A program made the position numbers and the translations under genes. Positions 24,750-37,539 of a stretch of DNA of 64,000 nucleotides are shown piece by piece. Within the stretch, counting starts at the first letter, position 1; every line of letters begins with the position of its first letter. The stretch lies in the NCBI GenBank assembly GCA_001662655.1, contig KV460285.1; one strand, written 5' to 3'. The stretch is from Pseudogymnoascus verrucosus. Taxonomy: Eukaryota. The notes beneath the pieces were generated by a model. It was not told the origin of the DNA. It saw only the letters and a program-made list of their open reading frames with translations, and did not search any database.

Positions 24750-26622
24750 TCAAACCGCCTCCAAAGATATCTTGGAGAAGTCGGCGGGATCCAAGACAGG
24801 CTCCATCTTGCCAAAGGAGTAGACTCCGAACATAACGCCGGTAAAGGCACCTCCAATAGGCGGCGATCTGGTCAACAACTTGCTTTGCACTGATGCTAGC
24901 AATTTTGAGTCGTCTTTCCCTTCCTCATTGTAACTTAGCGTATATTGAAGGCCATCTCCTTGGATAGCCAAGGTTACTTGTCCTTCTGGGCCGAGAGGAT
25001 ACATAGATTCCTGTCACACGTTTAGCAATCGTCACTGCTGGCAAAGGGGCAACTTACGGTCAATACACCAATCTTGTCTGTTGGAGATCTTAACAGCAAG
25101 ACTCTCTTTCCAGCATCCGGTCCTTCAGACGCAATGGTTACTCCGATGCTGGCATAAGAAAACAAACTATACCAAACAACAATACCAGCCTCGTACCCTG
25201 CCTTGCTCGGTTGGAAGTTGAGTACGGCCTGGAAACGCTGCTGGAAAGTAGTTTGTTTCCGGAGAAGCAGCGTTGGGGCTTCAGCGCTGGAGAGGGGATA
25301 GCAACTACCATATAGGCGGAGATGGCCAGGCCTTTCAGATAGAGACCACTCCTGCTTCAAGGGTGTGTCTTGAATTTGTCAGAAAAAGGTACTGAGTGGT
25401 CAAATAAGATGTGAAGCTTACGTTTTTGGTACCAGCCTAGTTCGAGAGTCGACTTTTCCAGGTCTGCGTTCCATACATTTGCGGGAGCAAGCTGTCCTGT
25501 GTGCCTCCCTTCCGTCGCAATTGTGATATTCTTACCACCATTGAATATAGGCCAGTCATTCTCCCAGATGACCTTCACCAAAAATGTCTCTCTTCCTATG
25601 ACGCACGGTTTTAGCAGATATCCGGAATCCACGGTTGCTCACCCACATACCTAATGGAGAGTCCAGCCATTCCTTTTCACACAACCGTGGCCTAACACCA
25701 AGGAACACAGCCCACCAATCCCCTTTGGCATCCTCAAACACATCTGCGTGCCCGGTACTCTGCACCTCCTCTTCGGTCCCGTTATACCACAGCGGGTTCA
25801 CTGGCCCAAGCTCCCACGGACCTAGAGGCCCAACCTCACTCCTCAACACCCACTCTTGATGGCCAGCCTCGGTTCCTCCTTCTGCTGTGAACAGGTAATA
25901 ATACTTGCCACGCTTGATGATGTGCGACCCCTCGGCAATACCGTGCGGACTAGCTCTGATCACCTTCGGTGCCGTCAAGGTCCGCCCTGTGATGAGATCT
26001 ATTTCAGAGACGTGGATAGCAAAGTCCTTTAGTTTGCTGCCCACGGGCCTGTTGGCAATGCGAACAGTGGTAGAGAGGTACACCTTATCATCGTCATCCC
26101 AGAACAACTTCAAAAATTAGCCTGAGATGCGGAAATGTGGGGACAAAAACATACATCTTGATCAAAGCCTGGGTTATCGAAATACACGGGATCGGACCAG
26201 GAGTTGTCATCCCAGATATTATCAGTGAACACGTAGAATCCTCTCGGGAAGATTCGCTCCTAAACCATGGTCTCGTCAGTAGCCGCAACGTGTTTTCGAA
26301 TATATGAAGAGGGACGCACATCATCCTTTGGCCGATACCGGTCCCATTTGCAGGTCGTAAGGTAAACTCTCCCTTTGTGGTATCTAATAGTCGGCGCCCA
26401 GATTCCTCCAGACGGCTCAACAGTCCTCAAATTGAGTTGACTGCTCCTGGTCAGACCATGGCCAATCAATTTCCAATTCAATAAGTCTTTGCTGTGATAG
26501 ATTGGCAATCCGGGAAAGTATTCAAAGGTGGAGGTGACCAGGAAATAGTCCTCCCCAATCCGAATGACCGAAGGGTCCGGGTTGAAGCCGGATATGACAG
26601 GGTTATTAAAAGTTGCCGCCAT
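24750..26622 (-). CDS. Glycoside hydrolase family 43 (beta-xylosidase/arabinofuranosidase) with C-terminal ConA-like domain, multi-exon, no signal peptide
   Basis: NPVISGFNPDPSV, TSTFEYFPGLP, WAPTIRYH, LFWDDD, EGSHI, TGHAD, GRETFL, FTGVMFG across several exons. Confidence 0.92.
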
Positions 26623-26913
26623 TGTGCAGTCTTCCTCAGCTATTACTCGGCTTGTAGAGTTAATAACGTCCACTCTAAAGTTGCGAATGAAACAACCCTC
26701 TGTATGACTTTTGGTATCAGGTGCAAGACAGTATTATCATTTCCTGTTATAATATACCCCAAGCCCTTTATCTAAGCTGTCAAAATAACGTATCATGTGT
26801 AAGTCCACTTCTAGAGGCGGTTTAATAATTCTCCGTTAGTTGGAGAAAGACGAAAGGCCACCCGAAAGTGACGATTGTGAACCCGCTGTGACCTTGGGAA
26901 GTGGCGGGACACT

Positions 26914-26959
26914 GCGGGGCGACGCGGGGTTGCCAAGTGAAGGTATTTTGTATTTAGCC
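26914..26959. promoter_or_regulatory. Candidate XlnR site (GGCTAAA) and paired CreA sites (SYGGRG) upstream of GH43
   Basis: GGCTAAA on the minus strand at 26953-26959; GCGGGG at 26914-26919 and 26924-26929; about 300 bp upstream of the GH43 ATG. Short motifs, so chance is possible. Confidence 0.35.
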
Positions 26960-27146
26960 TGAAGTGTTAGTGTCGCTGAGATTCACAACTTTACCACAAC
27001 GACATCGTTCAAAACGGAAGATATGGTCGTTTAGGTCTCATTTTTTGTTCTTTTTCACCCGAAGACTTCCGCTATGTGGTATACATGTCGGTTCATATTA
27101 TAATTATACATCTACAGCCAACCAATCGCCGTATATACTCCCAACT

Positions 27147-29645
27147 TTAATGCCACAGTACGCCATCGTCGCAGGCAAACTTGAGCCACGACCCTTGAAT
27201 ATCTTGATCCCCGAAATTCTGCATAGTAAAGTCCATCCCAAAACCAAGAGGGTCCTCAAAAATGTCAAGAGCATTATGAGAACCGGCTTCTACAGGCAGT
27301 GAAGCATTTGTCTCTGCCATTCTTGCGCTCATCAGGTTATAACAGAGCAGGGAGCTTTTCTTCGCAGCATCTAGGACCACTGGTTCTGGATCAACGCCCT
27401 TCTCTGTGGAATCCAGGAGAGACAGAGTAATAACAATGAGCAGGCGTACCATGACGTTGTTTTCTTCCAAGGTAACACGATCCACAGAGAGGTCCAATAA
27501 ATCCAGTAAGCATTGCTTCAGAGAATCTCTGTTATCCTTTGTTTGCTGTACCATTGCCGGGCCGTCTTCCTTAAGTTGTGTATGTAGTTCATGGAATATT
27601 ATCGTGCTTGTATATGTAATGATGCTTTTAAAGCCGCCGCCCACAATCTTGAGCTGTGCGTAATCGTCCCGAAACATATTATCCACCGATTGATTTGCCA
27701 GAAGAGGTTCTGATGAGGGGTACTTGAGTATGGTCACGGCTGATTCAAGGCATATTTTCCTAGAATAGTAGAAGCGTGGATCTTTCATTCCTTTGGCGGC
27801 GAAAGGGCGATGGAGAAGTAGCAAGGCGAGGCGTAAGGGAAGATCGACCATGTTGATGTTAAGCTGTGTGACTCTGTCTTGTGATTGTAGCGACTGATTG
27901 ACTCTTAAGATAAATGTTCTGTTATCTCTCAATGCTTTCATCAGCTCAGCTCCAACTCGAAGAACATCATCGTATAAAGGCTTATTGCCAATACTATTTG
28001 AACATCGAATGAATTCTAGTCGGGGCCCAATGGATTGAAGAAGCATAATCTGCAACGACGTTTGTGTAAGTGTACTGTTTGGTTTGGGGGTTACGGGGTT
28101 ATTTGTGGCCTCGCTAATATCGACATCGTCAATATTAGCTGGTGGTGCAGTATCCCACTCCTGCTCAGTCTGCCAGATGTTAGCGACTATTATGTATGTG
28201 CAAGCTTCTTAAACTTACAATCAAGAAAGGCATCCCCGAACCAATTGAAGACTGAATATTCAGCTCGATTATCGTTGCCCACAATCTTCTGCGCATTTCC
28301 CCCTGTAGTATTCCTATCTTTGGCAAACTTGCCGGGTCACGATGGAAACCCATTTGCATCGCCGTTCGTAGGAGCGTACCAGCCGCTATCCAGACGACAT
28401 CGCCTGATATCGAGCAATATTGGCGTGCTATAATCAATAGACATTGAATTTGGATTGTTGACATGTGAAGTTTCGCCTTCTCAAAAGGAGTAGATTGCCA
28501 GGATTGTGCGGCAAAGATCCATTTCTTTGATTCAACTCGGTAATGTGTAGAGTCAGGACCCTGATAAAAGCACCCGCCTATTGACATGACAAGCAAAAGC
28601 TTGACGATAAATACGGGATTTGATACGTCGGGCTGATCCCAATACTGCCGGTATTCCTTCATAAATGATGGAATGTGAAGGATTCGGTATATGGATTCAG
28701 AGGTTCTGAAGTATGCATTTACCAACTGATCCGCAACTCCCTTTACGGGAACAGCATCTCTGAAGCATGGATTCTAAATAGGAGTGGTAAGTTAACATAC
28801 ATTATACCCTAGGTGTTGTATGAGTGGCGTTGGAGGCAGTCAAGAGTGAAAGGAGGAGGTTGCAACTTACTGCGAGCCATTGAGAATACGGAATTGCCTT
28901 CATACTTTTGGCGAGGGCCTTGCATTTTTCCATACTCTCCGTAATATCATCGACTTGCTCCGAGGAAGCATCGGAACAGCCCGAGGGATGTCTGGTAGAC
29001 TTGGCAAATAGATAAGCTATGTCGTCAAACTGCGAAGGTCAGCTTAACTTCTAGACTTGGCAAATGATAACATACAGCTCCGTGCGAATACATCCAGTGA
29101 GTGCCTCCCAAAAATCGCGTCTTCGATATGATGCCACCTAGCCTTTTGGGAGCTGCATTTGGAACTGGAGGTGGTGGGTTAGTAGTTCCCTCTGACTTGG
29201 CAATAGCCAACTGTGCTTCAAGGTTACGGATGCGATCGAGCAGGTCTTTGTTACGGAGTGCTTCCTCCTGGTGGGATTCACCCGGCTCCACAACCGGCGA
29301 GCCATATGAGCTGGGGCGGGTGGTAGTAGAGAGATGGGTAGAGGTGGGTGACACGCCAACTAAAGATGCATGCGTGCTTGAGCTACTCGGGATACTCCGT
29401 GCTCGATTTGGAAGCCCCGTTGACGATTGTCTGGGGAAGGAAGCCGGCGGGAAGGCGCCGCGTGTGCGACGAGACACAGCTGGAAGGATGGCGCTATAGG
29501 TACAAGAAGCAATTTTTGACTGCACACATTGGCCACAAGGCTGATTACGGTCGCATTTGACCTTCCGCCGTCGGCATGGCTCACATGAAAGAGCTGGCCT
29601 TCTTCGCTTTTTCACAGATGACGCGGGACTGAGAGGTGCGGACAT
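27147..29645 (-). CDS. Zn(II)2Cys6 transcription factor (multi-exon)
   Basis: KRRRPALSCEPCRRRKVKCDRNQPCGQCVQSKIASCTY; KTRFLGGTHW; MGFHRDP, EMRRRLWATIIEL; LLLHRPF, FYYSRKICLE. Confidence 0.92.
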
Positions 29646-30370
29646 GGCGGGGATAAGGTCCTGGATTTGTGTTAGATGCAACCTCGAAATTTCTCGATAA
29701 ACGGTGGAATCCAGCAGCACTTACGGATGTAGCGGTCTTACACTAAGGGTACTCTTCAGGAAGGAGTGCTTTTGCCGCAAATTGTGTGACAAATGTGAAT
29801 TTCCCGATGATGAGGGATTGTCGGTGTTTAAAGGCAGTCCCTTCGGTCTTTTGGGGTTGTTTGGATGGCTAAGTCCGAGACAGGAAGATAATAAGCCGTG
29901 CGTTTATCTCCGTCCCCTGTGTTCTCAAACATCCTCGAAAAGTTTTAGCTATTCTACCCAACCAATATGTGGTGCTTTAAGAATTTAAGATTTGTATTGA
30001 ATCTCCAACCATCTTTGTAGCGACTAGATTTACCTTGAGGCAGATGGATGACTTGAACGAGCTTACGACGCGGTATACCCGTTTTCGGTTCGGGGATAAC
30101 GGCAAATTACACAACATGGCAGTGATCAATAATATAAGCAGTGAAAGGTTCCTCCAGTACTACTGTTCCACAAGCTCCAGTCAAAAGCAAACTGTTTCAT
30201 TATATTGGGAGGTTCGGGCCTGCCCTTGTGTTAAAAGACCTGTCGTTCGGGCGTTCCTGCCGTCTGTTTAAGTCAAAACATACTAATGTTATAAAATTCT
30301 ATTTACTTTAGTCTACATCGTCTACTATCGTTTCAATTACCACCCAAACGCCCATAATATCAAGCAAAAC

Positions 30371-31642
30371 ATGGCACCTATGAAAATCCTCGTCAGCGGT
30401 GGAGGCATTGCCGGCAATGCAGTAGCCTTTTGGCTGTCAAAGCTCGGTCACGAAGTCACCGTTGTCGAACGGTTCTCAAGCCTACGAATCACAGGACTCC
30501 AGATCGACCTCCGCCTCCACGGGATTGAGGTCTTGAAACGCATGGGTCTCGATGAGGCTTTCCGTGCCAACGCCGCTCCAGAGCAGGGCATTCAGGTAGT
30601 CGACAAGTCGGGCAGACGGCGCGGCTACTTCCCAGCGAATACGTCTGGCAAAGGAACTCAGAATTTCACTAGCGAGTATGAGATTATGAGAGGGGATCTT
30701 TGTCGTATTATGCACGATGTTACCAAGGATCGAGTCGAGTATATCTTCGGAACGTCGATCGAAAGCTTCGAGGAGACGGATGGCGCCGTTGAGGTTAGGT
30801 TTGCGGACGGCAAGACGGGAAGGTATGATCTCTTGATTGGTGCCGATGGCCAGGGATCGCGAACACGCAGGATGATGCTCGGACCCGGTGCCGCGGATCC
30901 GTTCGTCCCCATTGGCGATGGGGAATACATCGCATACTTCACTATCCCTCGGCCGATGCGTGAAGGGGAGGGGTACATGGCCACTTTCTACCTCGCTACC
31001 AGAAATAGATGGGTGTTGACTCGACGGAGCAATTCGAAGGAGATACAGGTCTACCTGGCCTGCAAGCTTGATGCAGGGAAACTCAGAACTGCTTATCAGG
31101 AAGGTGTCGAAGAGGAGAAGGCGGCCTTGGCAGAGGTTTTCAAAGGCGCTGGGTGGCAGCTGGATGAGATCTTGGAGTCTCTCAAAGACACCGACAACTT
31201 CTATGGCGATGAACTAGGTATTGTCAAGATGGAGTCTTGGTCGCGCGGCCGTGTAACTCTTCTTGGAGATGCCGGGTTTTGCCCGTCAGTAAATACGGGA
31301 ATGGGCACTACCAGTGCCATGGTGGGTGCTTATATCTTGGCTGGCGAGATTGGGAGACACTGTGGTGGAGATGCCAGTAAAGGAGGTGATACCAAAGATG
31401 GTATTGCGGCCGCGCTCAAGGCCTACGAGCAAAAGTTTCGCCCATTCATGAACCACGTACAAAAAGGAGTGGAGGAAAAGTCGAGCTTGGACTCATTCAC
31501 GTCAACATCGTTTGGAATTGCCGTCATCAATTGTCTCGTGGGGATAGCCTCTTTATTCAAGGTGAATATTGGGAAGTGGAGCCTGAAGGAGACTCTCGAG
31601 GGATGGGAACTCCCGGAGTATGAAGAGTTGGCACGGGATTAG
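30371..31642 (+). CDS. FAD-dependent monooxygenase/oxidoreductase (flavin hydroxylase type)
   Basis: 423 aa with GGGIAG Rossmann motif, LIGADG (DG motif) and LLGDAG...GMGTTSA (GD motif). Confidence 0.9.
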   Translation: MAPMKILVSGGGIAGNAVAFWLSKLGHEVTVVERFSSLRITGLQIDLRLHGIEVLKRMGLDEAFRANAAPEQGIQVVDKSGRRRGYFPANTSGKGTQNFTSEYEIMRGDLCRIMHDVTKDRVEYIFGTSIESFEETDGAVEVRFADGKTGRYDLLIGADGQGSRTRRMMLGPGAADPFVPIGDGEYIAYFTIPRPMREGEGYMATFYLATRNRWVLTRRSNSKEIQVYLACKLDAGKLRTAYQEGVEEEKAALAEVFKGAGWQLDEILESLKDTDNFYGDELGIVKMESWSRGRVTLLGDAGFCPSVNTGMGTTSAMVGAYILAGEIGRHCGGDASKGGDTKDGIAAALKAYEQKFRPFMNHVQKGVEEKSSLDSFTSTSFGIAVINCLVGIASLFKVNIGKWSLKETLEGWELPEYEELARD

Positions 31643-31841
31643 GTCATTAATGTAAATAGATTATAAGATACCATTGTATATAAAGACCATACTCTACTCA
31701 CTTTGCTCCGCAATAGACTGAAAGGAAGGTGATCAACCCTTACGGGACCTTGAAAAGATTCACAACATGGAAACATCTACATCAAACCTAACCCCAGACC
31801 CCAGAACGCCTCCTCGATGCTTCCACTTCGACGCTTCCACT

Positions 31842-32415
31842 TTAGGCGGAGGGGTTGATCCAAGGCCTGCAAAGAGTAGCAGCACAGTACCCATTGCAGC
31901 AGGGGCCAATAAACTGGTTGTTACTATCGTAGCACTTGCCTATTCATGGTTAGCTTGTCATTGCCAACACCGCCGGCACATAAAAGGCAACATACCATAA
32001 GTCCCGACGCAAGTTCCGTAACAGCTCACGCCAGTGATAGGTTGGGGCGGGCCAATGATAACCTGCTGCACACCGGTGGCGCTCATGCCGCCAACGAGGG
32101 TCTGCTGGCCAGCAGTGTGGAAGGTGCAGTCACTCAGGGCGAGGTAGTCTGGTGCGTCGATGATGGAGACCGCGAAGTCGTGATCTGAAAGGTATGTTAG
32201 AGAGAATGGGATGAGTGAAGAAGCCACAGGGGAGGCGCACTGGTCGGGTGAATGGTCCCGTCAGCAGGGAAGGCCATCTCATAAGAGGCCGGGCCGCCAT
32301 GGAAGGTGAGGTGCACAGTTTGAACTGTGTCGCGCTTGTCGAGCTGCTCCGCGGCAGGAAGAGCAAGGGCAGTGCCGCTCAGGATGAGGGCGATAGTTGG
32401 AAGTGTGAATCTCAT
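31842..32415 (-). CDS. Small secreted Cys-rich protein (153 aa) with C-terminal knottin-like motif
   Basis: Exons 32415-32241, 32184-31996, 31939-31842. Signal peptide MRFTLPTIALILSGTALA, Kex2-type KR, 8 Cys; C-terminus CVGTYGKCYDSNNQFIGPCCNGYCAATLCRPWINPSA*. Confidence 0.85.
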
Positions 32416-33877
32416 GTTTGACTATTTAGGTAGATGTGAAAGCGATGGAAAGCAAAGCTGAGCTTGAAGGTGTCATATCGAGGGATATACATCATGATTT
32501 TATAGCCGCGGAAAGGGCTGAGAGTTCGTAAAAGGCTGACAGCTCCCTGCATTCAGCCTCTGGGGAAAAAGGCAACCACGGGTATCACAGAACTGGAAAG
32601 GCGGTATGAAATACGAGCTTGACTCTATGAATAACCTGCCAACAGCGCCACCGTATTTGACTGTCAAATCGGAAAGCACTGTTCTTGGGCGATCACGTTC
32701 CTCTATGCTGGTTGACCTACCAGAGAATCTTGGAAAACGTCCGTTCGGGCGTGTTCGTTCAGACATTCGTTGTCACGACGTTGAATACGAGCCCTATGGA
32801 GATCTTATACCGCGTAGGATTCGCGGGGAGAGATGCGACTCGTCATCTGATCACGGGCATTGGGCTGTGAGGGCTGAGAACCCAAGTAGTGGCGTAGGCG
32901 GTGACATAAACAGGACTGGTCTGTACAGTAAGCAGATAGGCATTACGGCTCGGGAGAATTGTTTGCCCGACGCACTTTCAACGACCACCGTCCATCCCGT
33001 CCCTTCGTTGGTTGGCAAATCCATTTCATTTCAATGAACGCATCCCACAAATCCAAATGTCAGAGCTGAACCTCAGGGCTAAATTTGATGCTGAATTGAT
33101 CCCTGGGGGCTAATGTCAGCGAGCCTTGACAGTGCAAATGACTCGTATACGTATATGTTGTTTTAATCTGGCTGAAGACCAATCCCAGGTAGAACGGCAG
33201 GAGCTACATTCCCTTCCCTTGAGGAGCCTGATCTGATGCGTGACACATTGCAGGTAGGAGATGACTTTATACACGCCAGTGTGTCTGTCCAGACTCATAT
33301 CTCTATCTCAGAATATGAGGCGCATACTATTACGCTGTTTACTATTCTCCTCTTCTTCCCCAGATTTATTGTTTGTCCGCGCGTCCCTTAAGTCTACAAC
33401 TTTGGTCGGGGTCCAAATATGACATCTATGTCTGAGTTCGGCACCAGCCGAGGTAAAGTAGCTCCAATGACGGCACACATAGCTTTCCCAACAGAAAGTG
33501 GCGTGAGGAAAAGAGAAAACATTTCGCCTTCTACTCTACCAGTCGCGAGGCTATTCGCGTCTTGTTTCTTTCATTGTTGCCGGGGAGCAGTGTCTTTCGT
33601 GAAGGTTGGATCCAGACCGAGGGACAACACGTTTGGATCGCTCGAACACAAAAAGAGACGCTGTGTGGACCGCATATGACATTCCGCCTTGGTGATGGCA
33701 TCTGAGGTTACCAAAGGGCTTAAGGGGAGTACTTGTAACAATAGGAAGTCTATACGCGTGAGCGTATCTATATACGCACTCCAATACGCCCACCATTAGT
33801 CGTATAACATGCGGATGCGTTGTTGAAGCATCCATTAGTTATTCGAGAAATTCGCCTCTCCAGTCTCTGTCGACAGC

Positions 33878-36800
33878 ATGCCTGGTTCTGATCGGCGCGA
33901 AGCCGTGCAAGTCGCGACGACCGTCACGATCGTCATTGCCTTTGTGTTCGTGGCACTACGGATGATAAGCCGGATATTTATCACGAGGCGTACAACCTTG
34001 GATGACTACGTGATGATACTCGCCTGGATAATTGCATTTGGAGGTTCTTTTACTATTCTACTTGCGGCACGAAAGGGGTTTGGCTTGATGGATGCAGAAC
34101 TCAAACCAGAGTGGATAACGACTTTGAAGAAATGCGGGTATATCTACAGTATTATTTATGTGTGTATATTCCTACTTATAATAGCATGGACCTCTAGCAG
34201 TGCAGAGCAGGAATGGAGTGGAATATGAGGGAAAGGGATCGAACTAACAATTATCAGAACCCAGCACTTATGGCTACCAAGACGAGCATCCTAATATTCT
34301 ACCTACGCCTTTCGAGGACGAATAAGCTGTTCCGGATTGGAACGTACGCAACAATGGGAGTGGTAAATGTGGTAGGCCTAATATTGACATTTATCAATGT
34401 TTTCCAGTGCCACCCACTCGACAAGATCTTCTCGGACTCTTTTGTTGATCCGACACAGAAGTGTATACCGTTAGTCACACTTTTTCTCGCCTCGTCGCCG
34501 GCTAATATCTTCACTGATCTTGCGATATTGGTACTTCCAATACCTGTTCTCACCGGTATGCATCTACCTATGAGACAGAAAACAATACTAGTCTTAACGT
34601 TCGGACTCGGAATATTTGTCACCATTGTCGACGTGATCCGAATCTATTACCTCCAGCAAGCCCTAGGACCTACAACTGCTAATTCCAGCTCACCACAAGG
34701 AACGCCCGGACTTGGTGCAAGTCCCAACTTTGTATTCAATGTATCGTACGGTCTAATGTGGTCGATTGTGGAGGTGAATGTCGGCATTATATGTGGTTGC
34801 ATCCCGCTACTGAAGCCATTGGTATCCAAGACAATGCCGAAGCTCATTAACCCTCCTGGGTTTCATGGTAGCCAGACATCGTCTCAAGTCTCAGCGACCC
34901 TGACAAGACCGGCGGAAATGCCCACGGATCGGGCCCCTGCCAGGCAGAACAACATAGAAGGGTTCACGCCCTTAAACTTTAGAATGCCGGGGACCCCTTT
35001 GCCGGAAATGTCGATGACGCCAGGTCCGAGTCTCGGGACGCCTATTCTACAGAATTCACATCGAACATCAGTATCATCCACCGGCGGAGTGGGCGAGGCG
35101 CCCTCGCAGTTGGCCTCACGACGAGTCTCGCTTTCGCCAGTCCATGAAGGCGGGTCGTCCATGCAGCAAACATCTCAAGAGCCTTCATTGCAGCCCTCAC
35201 AAGATCCACTTGATTCACCCGTCCTAGAGAGCAGTACCCCCATAGAGCAAACCGAGTCTTCAACTTCACCTTCAACCGAGCATGAGAACTTTTCTCCCAG
35301 GCGAAGGTACCCGCAACAGACAGCTCTTTCACAACAGAATGATGCCGACCACCAAGTACAGAACGATGCACAGCCAGCACAAGAAGGAATGTTCTCGCCA
35401 GAACAACAACAACATCAAGAAATGGACATGCTCAACTTTCTCACCTCGCCTGGGATGCCTCCAAGAACTGAATCCGGGCCTGACCGACCGAACCAAATCC
35501 ATTTTGGTTTTGTTAAAATCCGTCAGCCAAGATCTATGCTGCGCACTTCTGCAAAAGACTCGTGGAAATACTGTGCTTGGGTCTCAGTTTCTTTCTTCCT
35601 ATTAGGATTTTCTTACGGGCTACTCAACACACTCAACGTCCAAATATCTCTGATCGCACGTTATACGCGAGCACTGACCGTATCTCTGCACACAATGTAT
35701 TTTGCCGGATATTTCTTCGGCCCCTTAACGGTTGGGTTGTACTGCCTGAGAAGGGGTGGGTTTAAGGTGACATTCATGGTCGGTCTTTGCATCCTTGGAA
35801 CTGGGACTCTCGTTTTCTGGCCTTCCTCCATCCTTCTTACATATCCGGGCTTTATCATTTCCAATTTTATCATTGGATTTGGCTTGTCTGTTTTCGAGAC
35901 CACCGCGAATGCCTTTGTCCTCCTCTGCGGCCCGCCACGCTACGGCGAGTCTCGCCTTCTAGCAGTTCAATTCGTTCAGAGTATCGGTGCAATTGTCAGC
36001 CAGCTCCTGGTTGAGAAGGCTTTTTTTCCCTCTAATGAAGTTCACAATAACGTCCTTAGTATACGGTGGACATATCTTACTATTTCCTTCATCACAGTCA
36101 TCATCGCCCTTGTTTTTCACTACACGCCACTACCAGAGGCGAGCGATGAGGACCTCCAAGACTCTCTCCAGCCCCAGCTTTTACCACTTAATCGCGTTAT
36201 TAACGACGATCCTAGTAATCGCATTTTTGGCTTTCGAGTTGTCTATATAAGCCTCGCCTTCGCCTGCTTCACCATGTTCTGCTATATGTTCTCCCAGGAG
36301 AGTTTCAATGTTTGGTTCAACAATTCACTCCTCTCCTCCACCAACGTAATAGACGGTACCCACCGGCGCCAGTTACTATCCCCGAATTTTGTTCTCTATG
36401 GGCATTGTGCATTCTCAGGGTCGTTGCTATTGGCCTCGGCATTGTGTCTCTACGTGCGGCCGCGCATCATCCTACTCGGAGCCCTCTTAGGCAGTGCAAC
36501 ATTTAGGTTGGCGTTCATTCTGATTCCAGCTGAGCTGGAGAAGAAAAACAGTTCGAAGATTGCGGGACTGGCCGTAGCAGAATATTTCTGTGAGGCCCCC
36601 ATATATGCAATTATTGTGGGGCTGGCGCTGAGGGGCCTCGGCGCGAAAACAAAGCTCGGTAGTGCGTTGGTTATTACTATGAACATAGGAGGGGCGGCGG
36701 GACCATGGGTCGTTCTTGGGGTTATTAAGGGGATGGGGAATACTCGGAGGCCATTTGTTGTTGGGGTTGCTTTCTTGTTCTTCGTATCACTTTATCCACT

Positions 36801-37077
36801 GTATCTGTCTGTGGTGCCGAAGGCTAGGGCGATTGTAGATTGGCCTGATGACGGCGAAGCTGGAAGCGAGAGGAGGGTGAGCCAGTCTGACTCGATGGCG
36901 GCCGTGGAGGCTGCGAATGCGGGAGTGTATAGTAGTAGGCATCATGGGATGCATTGGCCTGCTCTTGTGGAGAAAGAGTTTGCGCATATTAGGAGAGCGA
37001 GTTCCACGAGCGGGAAGGCCGTGAGCAAATGGGCTGGCAGTGTCAGGGACTGGACGAGGAGAGTCAGCGGGTTGTAG
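33878..37077 (+). CDS. Fusion protein: Pth11-like 7TM receptor domain + S/P/Q-rich linker + FucP/GGP-family MFS domain (1033 aa)
   Basis: Exons 33878-34159 and 34258-37077. Pth11-like motifs: VALRMISR, LDDY, NPALMATKTSIL, QCHP, TDLAILVLPIP, WSIVEVNVGIICGCIPLLKP. FucP-like motifs: GFSYGLLNTLN, GFKVTFMVGL, FETTANAF, LPEASDEDL, LRGLGAKTK. Both domains lie in one uninterrupted frame. Confidence 0.88.
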
Positions 37078-37539
37078 AAGGAGGCTGTCCCACGAGAGTT
37101 TGCGTGATGTTACTATATGTAAAATGGGGGATTGGAGTTGGGGGGTACAATATTCGCATATATGGTGCAGCTTTGGCGTTTTCTAAATGGTATATGGCAC
37201 ATGTAAAATAATTGGAATCGGGGAAATACTGTATATATAGAAAAGGCTATTAAGAAGCTAAAGTGTATATTAACTAATAATCATATCAATAAAAAATATT
37301 CCATAACATACAGAGTCTAATTCTTGCCGTCTTTCTGCGCCAACACGACCATCCCCTACTAAAACATTGCTCACGGTGTCTACGCACAGCTAGCATTATG
37401 ACACTCAAGCCAAAGGCCATTACTTATATTACACTCGCTCAGGAGCGAGAATATTTAATATCTATCTACAGTATATATAGGTTCTCAACGCCTTGATATC
37501 TATTCCCACGTCCAGACATAGCTTACACACACAACCGGC

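Noticed and set aside
33077..33113. Two GGCTAA (XlnR-like) motifs upstream of the fusion gene
   Set aside because: Short motifs about 800 bp from the ATG; cannot be distinguished from chance.
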